From Abditibacterium sp. (GTDB taxonomy: Bacteria; Armatimonadota; Abditibacteriia; Abditibacteriales; Abditibacteriaceae): a DNA stretch of 64,000 nucleotides. The notes beneath the pieces were generated by a model, which had not been told where the DNA came from, did no database searches, and saw nothing but the letters and a program-made list of their open reading frames with translations. Position 1 is the first letter of the stretch; each line of letters begins with the position of its first letter. The stretch is taken from NCBI GenBank assembly GCA_965199495.1, contig CBDASK010000003.1:4512001-4576000 (forward strand), in the 5' to 3' direction. Of this stretch, positions 9,529-18,920 are shown piece by piece. Made by a program: the position numbers and the translations under genes.

Positions 9529-12474
9529 ATGTCCTCCCGATTATCTCCTCTGGCTATTGCTTCATTATGCTGTTTTCTGCTGCCTCCCATAGCAGCCACG
9601 GCGGGGACAGCGAAACCTTTTTTCGATCTCGACAGCGATAACTCCGCCGTGAAATGGCAATTGACGCCGCAAAGTGCGGTCGGCGAAAACGTCGCGGCGC
9701 TTTTCGCCGCCGATTACAATTCCAATAACTGGGTTAAAGCGGTCGTGCCGGGCGCGACTTTTACGTCGTATGTTGATGCCAAATTGGAAAAAGACCCGAA
9801 CTTTGGCGACAACATTTATCAGGTGGATAAAGCCAAATACGACCGCGATTTTTGGTATCGCGCGCAGTTTCGCGTGCCCAATGCCAATGGGCGCACGGTT
9901 TGGCTTAATTTCGAGGGCGTCAATCGCAAGGGCGACGTTTATTTCAACGGCGAGAAGTTGGGCGCGCTCGACGGTTTCATGGAACGCGGACATTACGATA
10001 TTACGCACTTGATGAAGCCGAATGCGAACAACGTTTTGGCGGTTTTGGTTCATTGGCCGGGTTTGCCGATTCCCAATCGCGCCAGCCCGACTTATATTCC
10101 CAGCGCCAGTTGGGATTGGATGCCTTACGTGCCGGGCCTTCTGAGCGGCATCACCGACGACGTTTATCTTTCGACTTCGGGCGCTTTAACGCTCGATGAT
10201 CCGTGGATTCGCACCCTCGTTCCCAACCAACAAACCGGCGAAGTCTCGCTGCAAACCGGCATTACCAATCACGCAAAAACGCGCGTGAGCGGCATTTTGA
10301 GCGGCGTCATTACGCCGGGCAACGTGCGCTTTTCGCAGCCGATTGAGTTAAACGCGGGACAAACGCAGAACCTCGAACTGAGCAAAGCGCAACTCGCGCA
10401 GTTGGTCATTCGCAATCCGAAATTGTGGTGGCCCAACGGCTATGGCGCGCCCAATTTGTATAATTGCCAACTGACTTTGAGCGCGAACGGCGTGGTTTCG
10501 GATTCCAAAAATATCAAGTTCGGCATTAAGCAGTATTCCTACGATACCAAGGGCGACGTTTTTCATCTGTTCATCAACGGCCAGCCGATTTTCATGAAGG
10601 GCGGCAACTGGGGCATGAGCGAATATCTGCTGCGATGTCGCGGCGACGAATACGATTTGAAGGCCAAGTTACACCGCGACATGAATTTCAACATGATTCG
10701 CAATTGGACGGGCGCCACGACCGACGAAGAGTTTTACGACGCCTGCGACAAATACGGTTTGATGGTGTGGGACGACTTCTGGCTCAACTCGAACCCCAAC
10801 CTGCCCGACGACGTGGCTGCATTCAACGCCAACGCCATCGAAAAAATTAAACGGTTGCGCAATCATCCCAGCGTCGCGGTTTGGTGCGGCGATAACGAGG
10901 CCGTGCCGCAACCGCCGCTCAACGAAAATTTGCGCGACGCGGTCGCCAAATTTGATGGCGGCGACCGTTGGTATCAGCCGCGCTCGAACGGCGGCGCGCT
11001 GAGTGGCAGTGGGCCGTGGGTCAATCGCGATCCGGCGTGGTATTTCACGCCCTACCCGACAACGTGGGGCGACATCAAAAGTTGGGGCATGCGCAGCGAA
11101 ATCGGCACGGCGGTTTTCGTCAACTTCGAGAGCTTTAAAAAGTTCATGCCTCAGAAAAACTGGTGGCCGCGCAACGAAATGTGGAACAAACATTTCTTCG
11201 GCGATTCCGCGGGGAACGCCGGAGCGGATCATTATATGGAGACGCTCGACAAATCGTATGGCCCATCGAGTGGCATCGAAGAATTTTGTCGCAAATCGCA
11301 ACTGCTCAATTTGGAAACCAACAAAGCGTTGTTCGAGGGTTGGCAGCACAACATTAACGCCGACGCTTCGGGCGTTTTGACGTGGATGAGCCAGTCGGCC
11401 TATCCTTCGATGGTGTGGCAGACCTACGATTATTATTACGATTTGAACGGTGCCTACTGGGGCGCGAAAAAGGCGTGCGAGCCGATTCACGTTCAATGGA
11501 ATAGCGGCGATAACTCGGTCAAAGTCGTTAATACAACGTCGAACGCGCTGCGCAACGTGCGCGTGCAAGCGACGATTTTCGGCGAGGATGGCGTGCCCGC
11601 CAAAGGCTTCGGCGCCACATCTACTGTTGCCAGCGTGCCCTCTAATGCAGCCACGGCGGCGTTCGACTTGAATTTCGACCCCGATAATTTGGCCTACAAA
11701 GCCGCGACGTTCGCTTCGTCGGACGAGGGCGCGGGCAAAGAAGCGGGCGCCGCCGTTGATGGCGGCATGGGTTCACGTTGGAGCAGCCAATACAGCGACC
11801 CGCAATGGTTGGCTATTGACTTTGGCGCACCCAAAACGTTTTCGCGCGTGAACCTGATCTGGGAAATTGCGGCGGGCAAAGCGTATAGAATTCAGGTTTC
11901 GGACGACAAAACCGATTGGCGCGACGTTTACTCGACCGAAAACGGCGACGGCGGAACCGACGAAATCACGTTCGCGCCCGTCACTGCGCGTTACGTGCGA
12001 ATGCTGGGTTCGCAGCGCACGACGGGATTTGGTTACTCGCTCTACGAATTTCAGGTTTACAATGGCGCCAAACGCGCGAGCGCGCTTTCGACGGTTCATT
12101 TCATCGAACTGAAACTGACCGATGCGACCGGCAAATTGCTGTCGGATAACTTCTACTGGCGCTCCAGCAAAGGCAGCGACTATACCGATTTCAACAAAAT
12201 GCCCGCCGCGCAACTCAAAGTCAGTTCCAAAACCAGCGAGAAAGCGGGCGTAACCAACATCGTCGCGCAAATCGCCAGTCCGAATAACGTGGCGTTGGCG
12301 ATTCGCGTGACGCCGGTGAATGCGCGCACCGGCGAGCCGATTTTGCCGGTTATGATGAACGATAATTATTTTTCGCTGATGAAAGGCGAAAGCAAAACTG
12401 TGAACATCGAGTTCGACAAATCGCTGTTGGGCAAAGATAAAATGCAGTTACGCGTCGAGGCTTATAATCGGTAG
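9529..12474 (+). CDS. Glycoside hydrolase family 2 (beta-mannosidase/exo-beta-glucosaminidase-like) with F5/8 type C (CBM32) domain
   Basis: LWWPNGYG, GGNWG, RNHPSVAVWCGDNE (acid/base Glu), SEIG; discoidin domain AVDG...RWSS...W..IDFG...YSLYEF. Confidence 0.85.
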   Translation: MSSRLSPLAIASLCCFLLPPIAATAGTAKPFFDLDSDNSAVKWQLTPQSAVGENVAALFAADYNSNNWVKAVVPGATFTSYVDAKLEKDPNFGDNIYQVDKAKYDRDFWYRAQFRVPNANGRTVWLNFEGVNRKGDVYFNGEKLGALDGFMERGHYDITHLMKPNANNVLAVLVHWPGLPIPNRASPTYIPSASWDWMPYVPGLLSGITDDVYLSTSGALTLDDPWIRTLVPNQQTGEVSLQTGITNHAKTRVSGILSGVITPGNVRFSQPIELNAGQTQNLELSKAQLAQLVIRNPKLWWPNGYGAPNLYNCQLTLSANGVVSDSKNIKFGIKQYSYDTKGDVFHLFINGQPIFMKGGNWGMSEYLLRCRGDEYDLKAKLHRDMNFNMIRNWTGATTDEEFYDACDKYGLMVWDDFWLNSNPNLPDDVAAFNANAIEKIKRLRNHPSVAVWCGDNEAVPQPPLNENLRDAVAKFDGGDRWYQPRSNGGALSGSGPWVNRDPAWYFTPYPTTWGDIKSWGMRSEIGTAVFVNFESFKKFMPQKNWWPRNEMWNKHFFGDSAGNAGADHYMETLDKSYGPSSGIEEFCRKSQLLNLETNKALFEGWQHNINADASGVLTWMSQSAYPSMVWQTYDYYYDLNGAYWGAKKACEPIHVQWNSGDNSVKVVNTTSNALRNVRVQATIFGEDGVPAKGFGATSTVASVPSNAATAAFDLNFDPDNLAYKAATFASSDEGAGKEAGAAVDGGMGSRWSSQYSDPQWLAIDFGAPKTFSRVNLIWEIAAGKAYRIQVSDDKTDWRDVYSTENGDGGTDEITFAPVTARYVRMLGSQRTTGFGYSLYEFQVYNGAKRASALSTVHFIELKLTDATGKLLSDNFYWRSSKGSDYTDFNKMPAAQLKVSSKTSEKAGVTNIVAQIASPNNVALAIRVTPVNARTGEPILPVMMNDNYFSLMKGESKTVNIEFDKSLLGKDKMQLRVEAYNR

Positions 12475-12480
12475 TTTCTC

Positions 12481-12731
12481 GTAGAGACACCGATTTTGGT
12501 AATGATTTGGAGCGCGGGCTTTAGCATCCGGCAATGTAGGGGCGGGGTTCTCCCGCCCGAAACATATCGCGTCTTTGCACTTAGAAATTTGGTGCATTCA
12601 TCATTGGGCGGGAGAACCCCGCCCCTACATTGCCAGATGCAATAATCGCTCTATCGGCGCAGCGCGGTGATATTCCCGATACCCCGCCCCTACATTGCCG
12701 GATGCAATAACCCGCGCTCCAAACCGTTACC
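12481..12731. repeat. Composite REP/REPIN-like palindromic element (GTAGGGGC family plus a truncated GTAGAGAC unit)
   Basis: GCATCCGGCAATGTAGGGGCGGGGTTCTCCCGCCC pairs with two downstream inverted copies (about 12606-12640 and 12681-12731). Confidence 0.75.
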
Positions 12732-12746
12732 CAATTTTTTAACAGC

Positions 12747-15008
12747 ATGAAATTTCCTTCTTTTCGCGCGCTCGGCGCGTTCGTTTTGGCTACAACACTT
12801 CCGGCGCTCGCCCAACCCAAAACGCCCGATTTGGTGAGTTACGTCAATCCGCTTCAAGGCACCGATTCGAGCGGCAGCTTTTCGCAGGGCAATACTTTGC
12901 CGCTCGTGGCGCGCCCGTTTGCCATGACCGATTGGAGTTTGCAAACCGGCGAGGGCAACTGGGGCTGGTGGTTTTCGCCCAACTCGCGCACGATTCAGGG
13001 CGTGCGCGCCACGCATCAGCCCAGCCCGTGGATGGGCGATTATGGTTATTTCACCGTGATGGCGCAGACCGGCAAATTGTATTTGCAGGGCGGCCAGCGC
13101 ACTTCGAGTTATCGCGCAGACGAAACGACGATTACGCCCAATTATCTCAAAGTGCCGCTCCGCCGTTACGGAACCCTCCTCGAAATGACGCCGACCGAGC
13201 GCTGTTCGCTGTTTCGCTTCTCCTTTCCCAAAGCCGAAACCGGGCGCGTTTTGCTGCAAATGGAAGCCGAATCGCAGGTCAAAGTGGACGCGCAAAACGG
13301 CACAATTTCGGGTTTAACGCGCTCCAAATCGGGCGGCACGCCGGATAATTTCGCGCTCTATTTCGTGGCGAAATTCAATCGTCCGTGGAAGAACGTGCAG
13401 TTGGGATTGGAAAACAAAGTCACCGCGGAAACCGCGCAAGCCGACGGCAAACAGGCGAGCGGCATCGTCGAATTTGGCGACGGCGCTCCCGTCGAAATGC
13501 AAATCGGCACTTCGTTCATCAGCGAAGAACAGGCGGCGCAAAACTTGAAAAACGAAGTCGGCGCCAATCATTTCGATGCCGTGCGAGCGCAAGGCCAAAA
13601 CGTGTGGAACGAGGCGCTGGGCCGCATCACCCTTGCGGGAGCCACGCCGGAGCAGTTGCGCACGTTTTACAGTTGCTTGTATCGCGCGCATCTGTTTCCG
13701 CGTATGTTTCACGAGACCAACGCGCAGGGCCAAACCGTGCATTACAGCGCCTACGATGGCAAAGTCCATCCGGGCGTGAGCTATACCGACAACGGTTTTT
13801 GGGACACCTATCGCACGGTGTGGCCGCTTTTCGCCCTACTTCAGCCCAAGCGTTACGGCGAAATGGTCGAAGGTTTCCTACAGGGCTACCGCGAGGGCGG
13901 TTGGCTGGCGCAGTGGGCGAGTCCGGGTTATCGCGTCAGTATGCCGGGCACGCACGGCGACGCGATTATCGCCGACGCCGTGGTTAAAAATATCGGCGGT
14001 TTCGATGTCAACGAGGCTTATGCGGCGATAACCAAACACGCCAACCAAAAGTCGAATCAGAACGGCGCCGGACGTAATGGCATCGAAGAATATCTCAGGC
14101 TGGGTTATGTGCCCGATTCGGTCAGCGAAACCTTGGATTTCGCTTATGACGATTTTTGTATTTCGCAGGTCGCGGCCCAATTGGGCAAAACCGATGACGC
14201 CCAAAAATATCGCGAGCGCGCCTTGAATTACCGCAAAATTTACGATCCCAATGTCGGTTTTATGCGCGCCAAAGACGCGCAGGGCAACTGGCGTCCCGAT
14301 TTTAACCAATACGCGTGGGGCGGGCCTTATGTCGAGGGCGGGCCGTGGCAATCGTCGTGGGCGGTGCAGCAAGACCCGGTTGGTCTGGCGAATTTGGTCG
14401 GCGGCCAAAAGGCTTTCATCGCCAAATTAGATCAGTTGATGAGCGCGCCGCCGCGTTACGACATCGGCGGTTACGGTTCGGAAATCCACGAAATTACCGA
14501 AATGTCGGTGCTGAACTTCGGCCAATATGGGCACGGCAACCAACCGACGCATCACATTTTGTATTTGTTCGCGGCGGCGGGCCAGCCGTGGAAAACGCAG
14601 TTTTGGACGCGCCGCGTGATGAACGAACTTTACAGACCGCAGGGTTTCGCGGGCGATGAAGACAACGGCGAAATGGGCGCGTGGTATGTTTTGAACGCGC
14701 TGGGCGTTTATCCGCTTTGTCCGGGCCGACCGGAATATGTGCTGGGTTCGCCGTTGTTCCAAAGCGCGCGCGTGCGCGTGCCGGGCCGCAAAGATTTGGT
14801 TATCGAGGCACCCAAAAACTCAGCGAAAAATGTTTACGTTCAAAACGTGAGCGTTAATGGCAAAACGCACGAGCCGTTGTGGATCGATTATCAAACGCTG
14901 ACGGCGGGCGGACAATTGCGCTTTGATATGGGGCCGCAACCCAAAATCAAGGATTACTGGAAAACGCCAGCGCTGTTGCCGCATTCGATGAGCGCTCCGG
15001 GGCAATAA
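12747..15008 (+). CDS. Glycoside hydrolase family 92 alpha-1,2-mannosidase
   Basis: YVNPLQGT, HQPSPWMGDYG, FWDTYRT, YGHGNQP, GDEDNGEMGAWY motifs; signal peptide. Confidence 0.9.
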   Translation: MKFPSFRALGAFVLATTLPALAQPKTPDLVSYVNPLQGTDSSGSFSQGNTLPLVARPFAMTDWSLQTGEGNWGWWFSPNSRTIQGVRATHQPSPWMGDYGYFTVMAQTGKLYLQGGQRTSSYRADETTITPNYLKVPLRRYGTLLEMTPTERCSLFRFSFPKAETGRVLLQMEAESQVKVDAQNGTISGLTRSKSGGTPDNFALYFVAKFNRPWKNVQLGLENKVTAETAQADGKQASGIVEFGDGAPVEMQIGTSFISEEQAAQNLKNEVGANHFDAVRAQGQNVWNEALGRITLAGATPEQLRTFYSCLYRAHLFPRMFHETNAQGQTVHYSAYDGKVHPGVSYTDNGFWDTYRTVWPLFALLQPKRYGEMVEGFLQGYREGGWLAQWASPGYRVSMPGTHGDAIIADAVVKNIGGFDVNEAYAAITKHANQKSNQNGAGRNGIEEYLRLGYVPDSVSETLDFAYDDFCISQVAAQLGKTDDAQKYRERALNYRKIYDPNVGFMRAKDAQGNWRPDFNQYAWGGPYVEGGPWQSSWAVQQDPVGLANLVGGQKAFIAKLDQLMSAPPRYDIGGYGSEIHEITEMSVLNFGQYGHGNQPTHHILYLFAAAGQPWKTQFWTRRVMNELYRPQGFAGDEDNGEMGAWYVLNALGVYPLCPGRPEYVLGSPLFQSARVRVPGRKDLVIEAPKNSAKNVYVQNVSVNGKTHEPLWIDYQTLTAGGQLRFDMGPQPKIKDYWKTPALLPHSMSAPGQ

Positions 15009-15019
15009 CAAAGCGTAAT

Positions 15020-15895
15020 TCAATTTGCCTTCTCAATCGAAACGCCCAACACATTAGCCACGGCGCGCTCGCGCCCGTCGCTGGGCGTATTCAATACGCG
15101 CAATTGCTCGCTTTGTGCGTCGCGCAAAACCATTTCCGAACTGCCGCCGCCATCCAAATTGAGTGCATCGGTGCAACCCAGACTTCGCATCAAATCGGTT
15201 AATTCGTTTAGCGTCATGCCCAACGCTTTTTGCGCATCGCGGCCATCCACGACAACCAAAACCAGCGTTTTGCCGTCGTCACTCAAACCCACGGCGGTGC
15301 GCGGATGGCGATTAAGGGCGAAATTCGTCGCGTTATTCAACGCGATTTTTCCATCGCGCAACAACAAATCGCTGCCCGCGATAACTTGGCGCGCGCCATC
15401 GGGCATATTTTGCGATTCCGTAATTTGCGCGCGCTTGTTTTTGTCTAACATCAAAACCGGTCGCGCTTTAACAGCCACCGCCCATGCGACGCCATCGGTC
15501 GCGGCAGGGCCGCTCACGCTCGCCCATTTGCCGGTGACAAAACCCGACTGCGCGCCCTCGGCATCACGCGTGGCGCGGGCTTTGAAAAAATCGCCGTTAA
15601 TGGTCAAAGCAAAATGTTCGCGCGCCGCGATAACCGAAGGCGTCAAAAGCGTGGTTTGATACGGCCCGTCGCCATCGGGATCGTCGCCGCCGCGCGCCAC
15701 ACGTACGAGAGTGTGCGCGTCTGTTAAATCAACGCGCGCGATAAAAATGTGCTGTCTGGCGATAGCATCGGCGCGCGTCTCGATGTGAATCGCCCCATAT
15801 GGTTGCGTTTCGACAATCGCGGGTTGCGGCGCGCGCGCGGGCAAAGCGCCGCCGCAGAACGTGATTGCGGAGAGAACGAAAGCAAAACGGTTCAT
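15020..15895 (-). CDS. Phosphodiester glycosidase (NAGPA) family protein
   Basis: INGDFF, HPRTAVG, VVDGR, ALNLDGGGSS, ERAVAN motifs. Confidence 0.85.
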   Translation of the reverse strand: MNRFAFVLSAITFCGGALPARAPQPAIVETQPYGAIHIETRADAIARQHIFIARVDLTDAHTLVRVARGGDDPDGDGPYQTTLLTPSVIAAREHFALTINGDFFKARATRDAEGAQSGFVTGKWASVSGPAATDGVAWAVAVKARPVLMLDKNKRAQITESQNMPDGARQVIAGSDLLLRDGKIALNNATNFALNRHPRTAVGLSDDGKTLVLVVVDGRDAQKALGMTLNELTDLMRSLGCTDALNLDGGGSSEMVLRDAQSEQLRVLNTPSDGRERAVANVLGVSIEKAN

Positions 15896-15898
15896 AAT

Positions 15899-16723
15899 TT
15901 ACAACGCCATCTTTTCGCGAACGCGCGCGACCAAAGCGCGCCGCACTTCGTCGGGCCAGCCGGTCAGTCCCGGCACATCGTTCGATTCGAGACAAAGCCA
16001 ATTACCCTCACGCGTCTCGATCCAATCCACGCCCAGCACCTCGGCGCCCAAATGCGTTTGCAAACGTCGCGTCCAATCGCCGATAAAATCCGGTGCGGGA
16101 ATAATCTCAAATTCGCTGATGCCGCGATTGACTTTCCAAGCGCTCGAACGCCGCGACATCGCCCACATCTGCTCGCCGACGACCATCACGCGCACGTCGC
16201 GCCCATAATCCACGAAAGGTTCAACCGTCGCATATTCGGGCGAAGTCGCCGCTAAATCGCGTGCATCTTCCCAATTTTCGCGCGAATCCAAACGCGCCTT
16301 GCCGATGCCGCCGTGCCAGTTGCCCAATTTCAAAACGCATGGCAATTCGGGAGTTAAAGCCTCCACGCTGCCCTCGCCCAACGCGCATTGAAATGGCACA
16401 AAGGGCAACCCAACTTCGCGCAGTTCCGCCAGCATGTCCAAACGGTCGAACCCGCGAAGCAGTGTTTGCGCTGCATTGACGCAGGGCACGTTCGCCAATC
16501 GAATCAATTCGAGCGCCTGACGGTGCGCCGAGCGCGGTCGAATCGCGCCGACGCGCCACAATACGCCGTCAATGCGCAGAGCGCCGCCGCGTTCGAGCCA
16601 AAATAATACGTTATTTTCGTCCAACAACCATTTCGCGTTTTGCAACGGGCGCGCGATAACATTCAATTCGGGAAAATCGCCCGCGAAATCGAAGGCGCCG
16701 CCGATGACGAGCAAATTTTTCAC
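15899..16723 (-). CDS. ATP-grasp protein (RimK/synapsin-like)
   Basis: PCVLKLGNWHGGIGK, EPFVD..RDVRV, WKVN, GVD...LESN. Confidence 0.75.
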   Translation of the reverse strand: MKNLLVIGGAFDFAGDFPELNVIARPLQNAKWLLDENNVLFWLERGGALRIDGVLWRVGAIRPRSAHRQALELIRLANVPCVNAAQTLLRGFDRLDMLAELREVGLPFVPFQCALGEGSVEALTPELPCVLKLGNWHGGIGKARLDSRENWEDARDLAATSPEYATVEPFVDYGRDVRVMVVGEQMWAMSRRSSAWKVNRGISEFEIIPAPDFIGDWTRRLQTHLGAEVLGVDWIETREGNWLCLESNDVPGLTGWPDEVRRALVARVREKMAL

Positions 16724-16732
16724 AGAGTGAAT

Positions 16733-17014
16733 TTAATCACCTTTTTTATCTTCGGCGTCCTCTTCCCACCATTTCGGCCCGCGTTCACCCAACGCTTCTT
16801 TGGCTGTTTGCACGCGGTCGCGCGCGGCGTCTTCGGCCTCTTTATCCTTCGCTTTGGTGGCGGCACCGACAGCGCGACGCGCGCTCATCAGTTCGTTGAC
16901 CCATTTTTGTCGCACCTCTTCGGGCAAATTGGGATTGGTCGCGCGCCATTTGCGCCCGTCAATAATCACGTAATGCCCATCGGGCGTATGCTCGATTTTC
17001 TTGTTCGTCGCCAT
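16733..17014 (-). CDS. Small conserved hypothetical protein
   Basis: TPDGHY..IDGRKWRATNP...LMSARRAV...ALGERGPKWW pattern recalled from a conserved uncharacterised family. Confidence 0.65.
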   Translation of the reverse strand: MATNKKIEHTPDGHYVIIDGRKWRATNPNLPEEVRQKWVNELMSARRAVGAATKAKDKEAEDAARDRVQTAKEALGERGPKWWEEDAEDKKGD

Positions 17015-17026
17015 GCCCCTCGCCAA

Positions 17027-17042
17027 AGCAAAGGCGCGGCCA
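17027..17042 (-). promoter_or_regulatory. Candidate sigma-54 -24/-12 promoter
   Basis: Minus strand TGGCCGCGCCTTTGCT (GG-N10-GC with TTGCT), just upstream of ATG 17014. Confidence 0.45.
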
Positions 17043-17071
17043 CAAACCGCCCATGTCGGCGCCGTGGCTGC

Positions 17072-17449
17072 TTAAATCGAGACAGTGCGTTCGCGCAGGA
17101 ACGCTTCGAGTTGGTCGCGATCCATTTCGCTGGAAGCGATTTGAAGAAAAATTTCGATAATTTCTTCGATACTGGCTTCTATTTCTAAATCGTAGGAATC
17201 CAAGAAAACCAACATTGCCGCCGCCGCGACGCGTTTATTACCATCAACAAACGCGTGCGCTTTCGACAGGTGAAATCCATAAGTTGCCGCGCATCTAATT
17301 TCGTCAACTTCTTCGTGATTTGTGCGATTGATGGGCGCCATCAAAGCTGACTCGAAAGCGCCTTCATCACGCATACCGTAAGAACCGCCGAACTCCTCAA
17401 TGCCGTCGCGGTGAAGTTCGAGAACTTTTTCTTTGGAGAGAAAGTTCAC
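17072..17449 (-). CDS. Fic/Doc family death-on-curing toxin
   Basis: HAFVDGNKR Doc-type motif; GTG start overlaps the upstream antitoxin stop. Confidence 0.85.
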   Translation of the reverse strand: MNFLSKEKVLELHRDGIEEFGGSYGMRDEGAFESALMAPINRTNHEEVDEIRCAATYGFHLSKAHAFVDGNKRVAAAAMLVFLDSYDLEIEASIEEIIEIFLQIASSEMDRDQLEAFLRERTVSI

Positions 17450-17670
17450 TTTGCGCCCTCGGCCAAAGCCTCGAAGACGCGCGCATATTTGGCGAAGACT
17501 TTTTTCTTCGACTTTTGAAACTGCTCGTCAGAGATTTCGCCGTGTTCGGTTGGCGGAACATCCTCGATTAAGAGTTCTTCCACAATCTCTTCAGGTTTAA
17601 CGCCTTTGCGCGCCGCGCGCTCTTCCAACTTGCGCGCGACTTCGGGTTTGAGTTCCAAAACGTAAGTCAT
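17446..17670 (-). CDS. Putative antitoxin (ribbon-helix-helix-like), cognate to Doc
   Basis: 74 aa, acidic, overlaps the toxin start (GTGA); C-terminal KYARVFEALA. Confidence 0.65.
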   Translation of the reverse strand: MTYVLELKPEVARKLEERAARKGVKPEEIVEELLIEDVPPTEHGEISDEQFQKSKKKVFAKYARVFEALAEGAK

Positions 17671-17735
17671 AATTTATCCTTTGTTGAGCGACAGTTTACT
17701 CTTTGGCGCCCGACGCTTTAAGAATTTGGAGCGCT

Positions 17736-17963
17736 TCATTCAATCGCGGTTTCACGCAGTAGATTATTGCCTTCGTCAATTTTCCCCTGACGAGCGCGCG
17801 CTCTTTCTTCCAAACGCGGAATTTCCGCTTCCGACGCCCCGTGTTGCCGCACAACGCACTCGATAGTTTCGACCAAAAACTGTTCGGGCGTCAAACCTTT
17901 CGCGGCGGAGTTAGCCTCAATCGTGCGCGCGATTTCGGGTTTCACAGTGACTTTATAAATCAT
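17736..17963 (-). CDS. Antitoxin-like paralogue 2
   Basis: N-terminus (MIYKVTVKPEIARTIEANSAAKGLTPEQF) similar to both neighbours; SD AGGAG. Confidence 0.55.
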   Translation of the reverse strand: MIYKVTVKPEIARTIEANSAAKGLTPEQFLVETIECVVRQHGASEAEIPRLEERARARQGKIDEGNNLLRETAIE

Positions 17964-17977
17964 GAATTCTCCTGCGA

Positions 17978-18232
17978 CTAATTCGATACGTTCGCTCGCA
18001 TTAAAGCCTCTTCATCTTCTCTTTCGCTTTTCGCCAGAGCCTCGAAAACTTTCGCATATTTGGTAAAAATTTCATCAGCAATACGCCGAACTTCTCCCGG
18101 ATCAGCCGTTTTTTGTTCCGTAAAGCGCTCGATAAAACCCGCAAGAAACTCTTCGGGAGCAACGCCCTGACTCGCGGCTTTCGCTTCGATACTGCGCGCG
18201 ATTTCGGGATTGAGTTCGAGGGTATAAGTCAT
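17978..18232 (-). CDS. Antitoxin-like paralogue 1
   Basis: MTYTLELNPEIARSIEAKAASQGVAPEEF...KYAKVFEALA, similar to 17446..17670; SD AGGAG. Confidence 0.6.
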   Translation of the reverse strand: MTYTLELNPEIARSIEAKAASQGVAPEEFLAGFIERFTEQKTADPGEVRRIADEIFTKYAKVFEALAKSEREDEEALMRANVSN

Positions 18233-18272
18233 GATTTTCTCCTGTGTTAGCGAGCAGTTTACTTCAGCAATT

Positions 18273-18752
18273 CTACGAAGCTGTTGAAGCGGTTGTGTAA
18301 ACCTGGGTCGGCGGTTTGCGCAGAATGACGACTACTGGCTGCTTTATCCACGAATTGGAGGAACCCATTCCCCCGTGAAAAACCCAAATGCTTCCCGCCT
18401 TTTGAAGAATCCTAAATCTCCCGGCACCATCATTGAGCATCAAGCCTCGCATGACGTAGGGAAAGTAACCCTTAGGTGTTTCCATCCCGTTTCCCACAAT
18501 CATCTGTGCTTCCGCCCAACCGATTTTTTTAAATCGCACCGTTTTAAGGTCGTTTATATATGCAGAAATGAAGGCAGATTTGACTCGATAGGAGATTTGA
18601 GGTTTTAGTTCGTTCCAGTCGAAATTTGATTTTGGTCTGAGATACCAAGCATCAGATGCTTTCTTCTGCTGCGCGTTCGCGGGAATAGGAATCATTAACT
18701 GAGCGCTGAGCAAAATTAATAATGATACGAGTGAGTGTTTGATGATATTCAT
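18273..18752 (-). CDS. Hypothetical secreted protein
   Basis: Signal peptide ending in ANA; low GC. Confidence 0.5.
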   Translation of the reverse strand: MNIIKHSLVSLLILLSAQLMIPIPANAQQKKASDAWYLRPKSNFDWNELKPQISYRVKSAFISAYINDLKTVRFKKIGWAEAQMIVGNGMETPKGYFPYVMRGLMLNDGAGRFRILQKAGSIWVFHGGMGSSNSWIKQPVVVILRKPPTQVYTTASTAS

Positions 18753-18764
18753 AGCGCGCTTCAG

Positions 18765-18793
18765 TTTACAAACTCCCAAAATCCTGTTATTCT
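18765..18793 (+). promoter_or_regulatory. Sigma-70 promoter of rpsB-tsf
   Basis: TTTACA-17 bp-TATTCT with an extended -10 TGn. Confidence 0.55.
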
Positions 18794-18797
18794 ATAC

Positions 18798-18906
18798 GGA
18801 CGGTGTGACCGCAAAACGTCGCAACCGAAATTTCTCCGCCGTGCCTTTGGGTCGAAAGACACCGAAAAATATCGTAACGCGGCGGGGCAAATGAAACCCA
18901 AAGGAG
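18798..18906 (+). ncRNA. Probable S2 ribosomal protein leader (t44-like autoregulatory RNA)
   Basis: 5' UTR of rpsB; CCGCCGTGCCTTTGGGTC... with complementary GCGGCGGGGCA and CCCAAAGG segments, the latter overlapping the SD. Confidence 0.55.
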
Positions 18907-18920
18907 ACAGAAAACACAAC

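Noticed and set aside
18735..18920. N-terminal extension of rpsB given by the ORF track
   Set aside because: It covers the promoter and leader RNA; the conserved start and SD are at 18921.
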